Assembly (NCBI GenBank): GCA_040220235.1
Contig: JAVJTO010000024.1
Strand: one strand, 5' to 3'
DNA from: Coleofasciculus sp. B1-GNL1-01
Lineage (GTDB): Bacteria; Cyanobacteriota; Cyanobacteriia; Cyanobacteriales; Coleofasciculaceae
DNA length: 64,000 bases
Under the pieces are notes generated by a model. That model worked only from the letters and a program-made list of their open reading frames with translations. It did not search any database and was not told the DNA's origin. Positions 52,652 through 61,479 of the stretch are shown here, piece by piece (the stretch's first letter is position 1; each line of letters begins with the position of its first letter). The position numbers and the translations under genes were made by a program.

Positions 52652-53719
52652 TTACTGTAGAATCGACTGTTTTTGTAAAAGTTCCAGCAACATTGGCGCG
52701 ATCGCGTTCAGAGGTAAGACTTCTCTCGCCCCCCCTAAATCAATCGCTTCCTTAGGCATTCCGAAGATGATTGATGTGGCTTGATCCTGAGCAATCGTCA
52801 ACCCCCCAGCTTGGGCAACGGTTAACATTCCTTTTGCGCCGTCTCTGCCCATTCCGGTTAATAATATGGCGGTTGTTTTCTTGCCATAAACTTTGGCGAC
52901 AGACTCAAATGTGACTGTTGCTGACGGGCAATGTCCGTCGAAAGGTACGGTATCTGAACAGATAAAATTACCCTGCTTATCTAATTTCAACTGATGTTGT
53001 TCTGGAGGAAAATAAATGATGCCGGGTTGCGGTCTATTTCCCGATTCGGCAATTTTAATCGGCAATTTACAGGTGGGAGCTAACCAATCAATTAAGCCCT
53101 GTAAAAATCCCTTACAAATGTGCTGCACACAAAGTATGGGAACCGAAAAATTGGCGGGAAGTTGGGAAAAGATTTCCTGCAACGCCGGAGGTCCACCCGT
53201 TGATGTGCCAATGGCAATGATTTTAGGTTTCGGGTATGATTTGGTCGGAGCCGTGGTCAGATTGTTCAGATTAACGGCTTGGTGTTGCAGCGAATATCTG
53301 CGTTTGCGTTTGAAAACCCTAACCCCAGAAATGACACTGATTTTATTAACTAATTCCCGTTTAAATTCTTGGTTTTCTGTGGTTAAGCCAGCCAATGGTT
53401 TGGGACAAATATCGACGGCTCCGGCTTCGAGGACATCAAAAATATGATGGGTATCTTCCTGTTGTACCGACACACTCAAGACTAAAATGGGTATAGGATT
53501 ATGGCTCATGACTTCAGTGGTTAATTCCAACCCATCCATCTGCGGCATGTGTAAGTCGGTACAAATCACGTCGGGTTTGACTTGAGGAATTAGGCTCAAT
53601 GCTTCTAACCCATTTTGCGCTTCTCCGACAACCTCAAGTTGAGGGAATTCATTGATAATTCGTCTGAGAATGACTAGGGAGATTTTGGAGTCTTCTACTA
53701 ATAGAACTTTAATGGTCAT
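52652..53719 (-). CDS. cheB: CheB methylesterase (REC-CheB)
   Basis: GTSTGGP, VQH, LTGMGRDGA and FGMP motifs. Confidence 0.96.
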   Translation of the reverse strand: MTIKVLLVEDSKISLVILRRIINEFPQLEVVGEAQNGLEALSLIPQVKPDVICTDLHMPQMDGLELTTEVMSHNPIPILVLSVSVQQEDTHHIFDVLEAGAVDICPKPLAGLTTENQEFKRELVNKISVISGVRVFKRKRRYSLQHQAVNLNNLTTAPTKSYPKPKIIAIGTSTGGPPALQEIFSQLPANFSVPILCVQHICKGFLQGLIDWLAPTCKLPIKIAESGNRPQPGIIYFPPEQHQLKLDKQGNFICSDTVPFDGHCPSATVTFESVAKVYGKKTTAILLTGMGRDGAKGMLTVAQAGGLTIAQDQATSIIFGMPKEAIDLGGAREVLPLNAIAPMLLELLQKQSILQ

Positions 53720-53828
53720 TTTTATTTATTGGTCATTGGTCATTGGTCATTGGCTGAAGATGACTTGCACCTTAATCGGGGCGGGTTTAATGATATCAGG
53801 GTGAGAACCTTCCTGTTAGCGGTAAAAC

Positions 53829-54003
53829 CATTGGTGTCAACTTAAGCGGAAAAGTTTTTCCCTGTTAGAGTTTGAATCTCGTTGCCTTAATCTTAACCCC
53901 CCTTAATCCCCCCTTGCTAAGGGGGGAAATGTTCCCTCCCCTTGCCAAGGGGAGGGTTAGGGAGGGGTCAGCTCAAGGTATTGCTTTCTTTTTGTAGCTT
54001 AAA
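53829..54003. mobile_element. Second MITE of the CATTGGTGTCAACTTAAG family interrupting a REP; right end degenerate
   Basis: Perfect left TIR at 53829-53846, directly after GGGGCGGGTTT...AAAAC. Confidence 0.65.
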
Positions 54004-54039
54004 TTAAACCAATCGGCTGATGGTTTCTAACAGAAACGC

Positions 54040-57000
54040 TTAGTTAAACTTACCTTTAATAATGTAAGCATCCGCCCCCGCTTCTGCACCCCGTTGTTGA
54101 TCAGCTTCTGAATCCAAGGTGGTGACTAAAATAATCGGTAAGTCTTGATATTCCGAATGCTGGCGAATCGTGGCGGTTAGAGATAAGCCATCTAAATGGG
54201 GCATTTCCACATCCGAAACTACAGCATCAAAATGACGGCTTTTAAGTTTGGTATAACCATCTAATCCATCAACCGCAATGACGACTTCATACCCCGCCCC
54301 TTCTAAAAGTCGTCGTTCTTGTGTCCGCACTGGGAGAGAATCTTCGACTAAGAGAATAGTCGGTTTGGTTTGTAGAACCGTATTGGCTTTAACCGAAACC
54401 GTTGCTGGCGTTTGTTGTTGTCCTGATTTGACTAAATCCGCCGGATTGAGAATCATACAAACGTCCCCAGTGGGGAGAATTGTTGCACCCAAAATATTTT
54501 TAACTCGCTTTAATAACACACTTTGGGGTTTGAGAGGAACTTCTTGAGTATCCAAAAGCCGATCGACTAAAAATCCCGAAACTTCATCACCAACCTTGAG
54601 CAAAATACACGATCGCAACTCAGATATCGGTGTTTCTTTTTTGGCGATAAGGGCGTAGGCGGGGGAGTTTGAGAGTTCCAAGACATCGGCGAGATTGGCA
54701 ATAGGAATTCTTTTACCCATCCAATTCAATGTTTCCCGCCCATCAACGGTTTCTATTTCATCTGGGGAAAGGAGTAAACTGGTTTGGACGAATTCAATTG
54801 GGAGGGCTTGAACAATTCCCTGAACCTCGACAAATAAAGCATTAACAGTGGCTAGAGTGGTGCGAAGTTGGATGCGGAATGTACTACCTTGATTCGGCGT
54901 TGATTCGATCGCGATCGCGCCTTTGAGTCGTTCAATGTTTGTCTTGACTACATCTAAGCCAATCCCTCGACCCGAAATTTCAGTAATAAAGCTGCGGGTG
55001 GAGAATCCGGGGGTAAAAATTAGGTCATAAATTTGACTGGGATTCATCCTCTCTAGTTCATCGGGTTGGTAAAGCTTCCGTTTAATCGCCGTCTGCTTAA
55101 TTTGGTCGATATCCAGTCCTCGCCCATCATCAGCGACTTCAATGATAATCGTATTCCCCACCAGACTCCCCCGCAGCCAAATTTTTGCCACAGGGGGTTT
55201 ACCTAATTTCTCCCGTTCTTCGGGTGTCTCAATCCCATGATCGATCGCGTTCCGAATTAGATGGGTTAAAGAGTCTTTAATATCTTCTAGGATAGTTTTA
55301 TCCGCCGTCGTTTCTCCCCCTTCAATAATTAACTCCACCTGTTTCGATTGTTTGCGGGCTAAATCCCGCACCATACGGGGAAACAACTGGAAGATAGTAG
55401 ACAGAGGTAACTGGCGTAGGGTTTGAATTCTCTCCCGTAAATCCTCTGCAATTAAATCCAGGTTAGAGGTATTTTCCTGGGTGGCGGTGCGTAAAGCGGT
55501 AATCTTTTCATCTAAGCGTTCTTGGAATGGGTTAACGTCGGTGGCTGTCGCCTCACCGGATTGACGATAAAAGGCTTTCCAGTCTTGCCAAAGTGTCACC
55601 AATTCCTCAATTTCTGATGCGGCGTAAGCGATGCGAAGTTTCGTTACATTTAATTCCTCCGCTTGCGCCATTAACCCATCTAAATCACGAGTAGGAACCC
55701 GAATCGTATCAATCCGGTAGGTGTCACTTAGGGCTGGGGTTTTGGGGGCTGGAGGTTGGGCGGGAAGGGGTTGAACGGGAGTCGGTCTAGCGTCGGGTAA
55801 GGTAGGAAGAGACACTTCCAGTAACTGGTTGAGAACCTCCGTGGTATTCACACTCTGAGGTTGACCCGTCACCGCTTCTTGTACCAGCTTACCCATCGCA
55901 TCCAATCCTCGATACAAGCGATCGCTAATATCTGGAGTTAAGATAGTAGGCTGAAGTTTAATCCCGCCTAAAATTTCTTCAACGTGGTGGATTAAGGTTT
56001 CCACGGGTTCAACGCCCGCGCTTCTAGAGTCGCCTTTTAAACTATGGGCTTCGCGCAGTAACTCCTCTAAGGTGGTTGAGTCATCCGGCTGCTTTTCTAA
56101 TTGCAGTAATCCAGTTTCTATTGTCTGTAACCGTTCCAGGCTAGCCAGTTTATAGACCTCCCGCATTTCCTCATCGTCAATAAACGTGGCGCTAAGGGGA
56201 GGTTGAGAGGGTGAAGATTGGACATCGGGTAACCCGACAATCCTGACAGAATCCGGACGAGAGACGGGATGGGATGATAAGGGTGTCGCCGATTTGGAGA
56301 CAGGTATCACCGGGGGAGATTGGGCTGATGTTTCAATGGCGTCGATTAACTGGTTCAGCACTTGCGCCCTATCCACACCCTGAGGTTGACCCGTTACCGC
56401 TTCCTCAACTAAGCATCGGATAGCTTCTAATGCATCATAGAGGCTTTCACTAACTTTGACCGTAAACCCAAGCTGGTAAGATTTGATGCGATCAAAGACT
56501 TCTTCGATATGATGGGTGAGGGTTTCCACCGATTCGACGCCAACGCTACGAGAATCGCCTTTGAGACTATGGGCTTCCCGCAGTAATTGATCTAAAGTAG
56601 CTTGGTCATCGGGATATTTTTCTAAATGCAGTAACCCGGCTTCTAAAATCTGCAACCGTTCGCTACTGGCGAGTTGATACACTTCTCGCAGTTCATCATC
56701 GTCGATATAACTGTCGGCGAGTTGAGGTGGGGTGGGTTTGGTTCCGTTCGGGGTTATCGGTTCCAGGTTATCGGTAAAACCCGCCCCCACAAGCCCTGGT
56801 TCCGCTTGAATTGGAGATGCTACAGCCGATTGTTGGCAATCCTCCAGCACCAGCATAAATTGTTCTAGCACCTGAGTGGTATCCACCGCACTGGGTTGAC
56901 CGGTTATCGCTTCTTGGACTAATTTACTAATTGTCTCTACTCCTTGATGTAAGGTTTGGTTAACATCTGGGGTAAACGCTGTGGGTTGGGATTTAAGGTT

Positions 57001-58203
57001 CTCGATAATTTCTTCTAGAGGATGAGCCAGAATTTCCACCGATTCCACGCCAACGCTGCGAGAATCGCCTTTAAGACTATGAACTTCCCGGCGCAACTCC
57101 TCCCAGATAGCTTCGTTGTCTGGGTTTTGGGCTAAATCATTTAACCCCGTTTCCAGGCTGTGCAATCGTTCACCACTGGTAAGTTGATACACCTCTCGTA
57201 ATTCATCATCGTCGATATAGCTTTCAGCGAGTTGGGGTGGGGTGGGTTTGGTTCCGTTAGGGGTTGTCGGTTCCAGGTTATCGGTAAAACCCGCCCCGAC
57301 AAGCCCTGGTTCGGCTTGAACTGGCGACGCTACAGCCGATTGTTGGCAATGTTCCAGCACTAGCATAAATTGTTCCAACACTTCGGTAGTATCCACCGCA
57401 CTGGGTTTACCTGTTACGGCTTCCTGGATTAATTGGCTAATAGCCTCTAATCCTTGATGTAAGGTTTGGTTAACATCTGGGGTAAACGCTGGGGGTTGGG
57501 ATTTGAGGCTTTCGATAATTTCTTCGAGGGGATGAGCCAAAATTTCCACGGTTTCCACGCCAACGCTACGAGAATCGCCCTTAATACTATGGGCTTCTCG
57601 GCGCAACTGTTCCCAGATAGCTTCATCGTCTGGATTGTCTGTCAAATGACGCAACCCAGCTTCTAGACTTTGTAATCGTTCACGACTAGCCAGTTGATAA
57701 ACGTCTCGGAGTTCATCATCGTCGATATAGCTTTCGGCTAATTCAGATGATTCAGCGCTCATATCCTCTCTCTCTAGAGGTTCTGGTGGAATGTTTCTAC
57801 CTGCGGCGTTCTCTGCTGGTTGAATCGCGAGTTGTTTAAATTGATCCAATATTTCAGCTAAATTGACGCCGCTTGGTTTACCTGTTATCGCTTCAGCAAT
57901 TAAAAGACGAATTGCATCTAATCCATGATCAAGACATTGACTCACTGACGGCGAAAAAACCAGCTTTTGGCGTTTAAGCCGTCCCAGAGTCCATTCCATG
58001 CGATCGGCAAGGGTTTCTACAGCTTTAACCCCTAGACTTTTGGAGTCTCCTTTTAAGCTGTGAACATCTCGCAGCAACTGTTCTAAGGTTGTTTCATTCT
58101 CTGGATTTTTTTGTAGATGGTGCAAACCGACAGTAAGTTTCTCTAGACGTTCTTCACCCGCCGTTTTATACAACGTTCGCAATTCTTCATCGTCTATGAT
58201 CAT
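54040..58203 (-). CDS. cheA: Hybrid CheA: five Hpt, dimerisation, HATPase, CheW, REC; REC appears truncated by a premature TAA
   Basis: Five H(S)(L/I)KGDS motifs, HLIRNAIDHGIE, SGRGIGLDV and a C-terminal REC domain. Confidence 0.95.
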   Translation of the reverse strand: MIIDDEELRTLYKTAGEERLEKLTVGLHHLQKNPENETTLEQLLRDVHSLKGDSKSLGVKAVETLADRMEWTLGRLKRQKLVFSPSVSQCLDHGLDAIRLLIAEAITGKPSGVNLAEILDQFKQLAIQPAENAAGRNIPPEPLEREDMSAESSELAESYIDDDELRDVYQLASRERLQSLEAGLRHLTDNPDDEAIWEQLRREAHSIKGDSRSVGVETVEILAHPLEEIIESLKSQPPAFTPDVNQTLHQGLEAISQLIQEAVTGKPSAVDTTEVLEQFMLVLEHCQQSAVASPVQAEPGLVGAGFTDNLEPTTPNGTKPTPPQLAESYIDDDELREVYQLTSGERLHSLETGLNDLAQNPDNEAIWEELRREVHSLKGDSRSVGVESVEILAHPLEEIIENLKSQPTAFTPDVNQTLHQGVETISKLVQEAITGQPSAVDTTQVLEQFMLVLEDCQQSAVASPIQAEPGLVGAGFTDNLEPITPNGTKPTPPQLADSYIDDDELREVYQLASSERLQILEAGLLHLEKYPDDQATLDQLLREAHSLKGDSRSVGVESVETLTHHIEEVFDRIKSYQLGFTVKVSESLYDALEAIRCLVEEAVTGQPQGVDRAQVLNQLIDAIETSAQSPPVIPVSKSATPLSSHPVSRPDSVRIVGLPDVQSSPSQPPLSATFIDDEEMREVYKLASLERLQTIETGLLQLEKQPDDSTTLEELLREAHSLKGDSRSAGVEPVETLIHHVEEILGGIKLQPTILTPDISDRLYRGLDAMGKLVQEAVTGQPQSVNTTEVLNQLLEVSLPTLPDARPTPVQPLPAQPPAPKTPALSDTYRIDTIRVPTRDLDGLMAQAEELNVTKLRIAYAASEIEELVTLWQDWKAFYRQSGEATATDVNPFQERLDEKITALRTATQENTSNLDLIAEDLRERIQTLRQLPLSTIFQLFPRMVRDLARKQSKQVELIIEGGETTADKTILEDIKDSLTHLIRNAIDHGIETPEEREKLGKPPVAKIWLRGSLVGNTIIIEVADDGRGLDIDQIKQTAIKRKLYQPDELERMNPSQIYDLIFTPGFSTRSFITEISGRGIGLDVVKTNIERLKGAIAIESTPNQGSTFRIQLRTTLATVNALFVEVQGIVQALPIEFVQTSLLLSPDEIETVDGRETLNWMGKRIPIANLADVLELSNSPAYALIAKKETPISELRSCILLKVGDEVSGFLVDRLLDTQEVPLKPQSVLLKRVKNILGATILPTGDVCMILNPADLVKSGQQQTPATVSVKANTVLQTKPTILLVEDSLPVRTQERRLLEGAGYEVVIAVDGLDGYTKLKSRHFDAVVSDVEMPHLDGLSLTATIRQHSEYQDLPIILVTTLDSEADQQRGAEAGADAYIIKGKFN

Positions 58204-58516
58204 GATTCGTCATTTGTCATTTGTCTTATGTCATTTGTCATTCGTCATTCGTCATTTGTCTTATGTCATTTGTCTTATGTCATTTGTCTTATGTCATTTG
58301 TCTTATGTCAAGTCGGGGCGGGTTTATTTACATCTGGGTGTAACCGAAAAGATAGTAGTGAAACCCGCCCCTACACAATTTGCTCCAGCTCCCCCATCTC
58401 CCCCATCTCCCCTATCTCCCCTAGCTCCCCCGGCTCCCCTAGCTCCCCCGGCTCCCTCTGCTCCCTCATCTCCCTCATCTCCCCCACCTCCCAGACGCGC
58501 CATGGCGCGTCTCTAC
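58204..58516. repeat. Repeat mosaic: GTCATTT/GTCTTAT 7-mers, long-loop REP, CTCCCC 9-mers and REP AGACGCGCCATGGCGCGTCTCTAC
   Basis: Read directly; fills almost the whole MCP-cheA intergenic region. Confidence 0.9.
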
Positions 58517-58531
58517 ATCAACTCGGCGCAG

Positions 58532-60412
58532 TTAAACCATCTCTTGCAATTCCAGAGAGGTTTCGTTCAGTTGCTGAGTCCCGATCTTGGTTTGATTGAT
58601 ACCTGTGGCGGTTTCTTTTGCCCCCTTATTAATGGTTTCCATCGCCTCCACGACTTGTTGAATCGCATCGACTTGCTGTTTCAAGTTCAGGGAGATTTGT
58701 TGGTTGTTTAGCACTACTTTGTCCACCGCATCGGCTACCCCGGTGAACGCTTCATTAGTTTTTTGGGCAATTTGCACACCGGATGCCACGGTTTTTGTCC
58801 CTTCATCTGTCACCATTACCGTTGAGTTAATCGCGCTTTGAATTTCGGACACCAGAAGACCAATTTTTTCGGCAGATTGTTGACTTTGATCGGCTAGTTT
58901 GCGAATTTCATTGGCAACCACTGAGAAGCCTTTCCCATGTTCGCCCGCCCGCACTGCTTCTACTGAAGAATTGAGCGCTAACATGTTGGTTTTGTTGGCT
59001 AATTCAGACACCAACTGAGAAATACTACCAATTTGATTTGCCTGTTCCGAAAGACGAACAATCTGTTGGGCGATCGCGCCAACTTTATTCTCCAGGGTGT
59101 ACATCCCTTCCAGGGTTTCACCGACTGCTTGGGTTCCTCCTTTCGTCAGATCTAGTGCTTTCTGGGCGGCGGATACAGCAGCCTTGGCTTGTTCGGCGGA
59201 TTGTCGGGAGGAGGCTTCTAACTCATCCATGGTAGTGGTAGTTTCATTCACTGAAGCCGCTTGTTGACTCGCCACCCGTTCTTGTTCTTCTAAGGTGGAA
59301 AAAATCTCTTGGCTAGAGGTGGAGATACGAGTCACAATTTGTTTAAGTAAATCTGCTAGTTGACTTGTCCGGAAAACGCCCACGGGTAGCACAGCGGCGA
59401 GGGAGATTAAAATAATCAGCGTCGCCACCACTTTAAACGCCGTCACAGAGGCAAAAATCGTGCTTTTTGGAACGGTACGGATAGCCACTAAAAAGCCAGG
59501 TTGATTCGGCGCTGGATCAACGGTAGCGTAGCTAATGAGTTCATTACTTCCTGTACCAATTAATCCCTGTCCGCCTTGGAGAATTTGCTCAACGATTTGG
59601 TCAGAATAATCCTTCGCCAAGGTTTCATCTGTATCTAGGTCAAATCCCCATTCTTTCTCATCATCGGGGTGAGAGAGATAGTAGCCCTCTGCATTAACCA
59701 GTAAGGCTGTTTCGCCCCCGCTTAATTTAGCATCTTCGATAAATCTAAGGAACGTGTTGGCAAAAACATTGGCAATCACAATCCCCTGTTTGTTCCCGGC
59801 TGCATCAGCAACAGGTGTGGCGTAGCGAATTACTGGTTTAAACGGGGTTTCGATTTCTCCGCGTTCCTGGTTTAGGTTCACCGGGGAGACATAAAGCTCT
59901 CCTGGCTCTAGTTTCATCGCTTCAACAAAATAGCCGCGATCGCCTTTATTTTGTAAGTCCGATTCCGGGATAACTGTCGTCGTCGTTCCATCGGAATCAA
60001 CCCTGACTATTTCCAGACCATTTTCGTCAATAAATCGCAGCTGCATATATTGAGACTTCGCCTGCATTAGACTCTCAAAAATAGTCTGGGCTTGGTCTAC
60101 CCAAACATCAGCCGATTGATTGGTTTCGGAATCCGTTTCTGAGCGAATAATTCCTTGAATAGCGGGAATCTTGCTCAGGAATAAGACATCCTCATTAATC
60201 CCCTCTAAGACAGCATCAATATTTTCGGCATCATCAGTAACCCTGTCCTCCAGTTGAGTTTCCGAGACTTCGGATAAGGCAGTCGAGGACGAAAATATTC
60301 CATAAAGTCCGACGATTGAGACGGGGATAAGACTGCTTAAAAACAGCAGCAATAAGATTTGATTTTGAAGCTTTTTCTGGTTGGTTAAATTTTTGAGAAA
60401 TTTTGCCCACAT
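58532..60412 (-). CDS. Methyl-accepting chemotaxis protein with extracytoplasmic dCache-like sensor
   Basis: Two TM segments, Cache-like region ([13 protein letters not shown]) and signalling hairpin [33 protein letters not shown]. Confidence 0.95.
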   Translation of the reverse strand: MWAKFLKNLTNQKKLQNQILLLLFLSSLIPVSIVGLYGIFSSSTALSEVSETQLEDRVTDDAENIDAVLEGINEDVLFLSKIPAIQGIIRSETDSETNQSADVWVDQAQTIFESLMQAKSQYMQLRFIDENGLEIVRVDSDGTTTTVIPESDLQNKGDRGYFVEAMKLEPGELYVSPVNLNQERGEIETPFKPVIRYATPVADAAGNKQGIVIANVFANTFLRFIEDAKLSGGETALLVNAEGYYLSHPDDEKEWGFDLDTDETLAKDYSDQIVEQILQGGQGLIGTGSNELISYATVDPAPNQPGFLVAIRTVPKSTIFASVTAFKVVATLIILISLAAVLPVGVFRTSQLADLLKQIVTRISTSSQEIFSTLEEQERVASQQAASVNETTTTMDELEASSRQSAEQAKAAVSAAQKALDLTKGGTQAVGETLEGMYTLENKVGAIAQQIVRLSEQANQIGSISQLVSELANKTNMLALNSSVEAVRAGEHGKGFSVVANEIRKLADQSQQSAEKIGLLVSEIQSAINSTVMVTDEGTKTVASGVQIAQKTNEAFTGVADAVDKVVLNNQQISLNLKQQVDAIQQVVEAMETINKGAKETATGINQTKIGTQQLNETSLELQEMV

Positions 60413-61249
60413 GGCTGGTTACCTACCACTCTAGATTCCGTTGAACAAATCCATCTCCCTTCCGGAGATGGGAGGCGAAAAAATACAGTCCATTTATTTC
60501 CTTGGAAACCCCCCTAGTCCTCTGTTTTGCCAGATTAGGGGGGGTGGGTTTTTACCCGTCTTAGCACAGGGATGAAATTGGTTACATCTTTACCGATAAA
60601 TTCACTCAGGGCATTTTTCCTAAAGGATAAGCCAAACGTATGCTGCAAAATCGTGAGTCTGTCAAGGTGTAGGTCATCGCAGGATACTTGCTGTTTAGTT
60701 CAGTTGAATCCAAGTTTGCTCATAATCATAGATAACCCTGATTTAGCCAATCTGTAGGATGAGAGCTGATCATCGTTTTTGGCTGAATCGAGAATGGAAA
60801 GTCAGCCTGTTCACAAATGCTGGGTTTGACCAAGATTGAAGCCAAATAACCTGAGGAGGTATTGGCTTTAATTAACATACATTCTAGAGGAGCGTTTAAC
60901 CCAGACTACTAGAGACACCCAGTTTTTTATCCTATCAGACCGTTTTCTACATCATTCCTATGCTATTGCACTGGATTGATTTTCGGCAACATTTTTATCA
61001 ATTGTTTATAATTTATGAGCAAGAAATAAAAGTAAGTTTTTATGTTAATAATTTTTATTTTTACAAAATTAAATTCTTATCTTTAAGCTGGCGAAGCTCA
61101 ATAGGAAAGCCGGACTGATTCCGCAACGAGTAAAATTATAGCTTGAAAATTGTCATACACAATGACATACAGTCGTCATACAGTTAGAGGCAATGTATTA
61201 CGAGAAATAGTATCAGGACGAAAGCAGGTTCGTAGTAGGGGAACCGGAT

Positions 61250-61404
61250 TCTCTTGCTCCCCTCTTGCTCCCCTCTCCCAAGCTTGGGAGAGGGGCTGGG
61301 GGTGAGGGCTGGCTTGGGAGAGGGGTTGAGCTTAAGTATGCGCCCCTACGGTTCCCCAGCTTCCCCCGCTCCCCCTCACCACAAGACTTATTCAGCAGCC
61401 CCTA
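61250..61404. mobile_element. Mosaic of MITE remnants and a REP half
   Basis: Reverse complement resembles 36537-36600 (CTTAAGCTCAACCCC...GGGAGAGGGGAGCAAGA), abuts TGCGCCCCTAC, then an end like that of the 2650 element. Confidence 0.6.
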
Positions 61405-61479
61405 ATGAGCTGTGCCACACCACTACAAAAGGATTCTTGCCTAAAATGGTAAAAATGAGTTTCCTGCAGGAATGGCAAC

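Noticed and set aside
53998..54015. Apparent right TIR of the 53829 MITE
   Set aside because: Degenerate, has no TSD, and overlaps the probable original cheA C-terminal codons, so it may be coincidental.
58196..58711. 171-aa ORF, and similar ORFs at 4454-4651, 21489-21695 and 46390-46590
   Set aside because: Low-complexity translations of STRR/REP tracts, or antisense to real genes.
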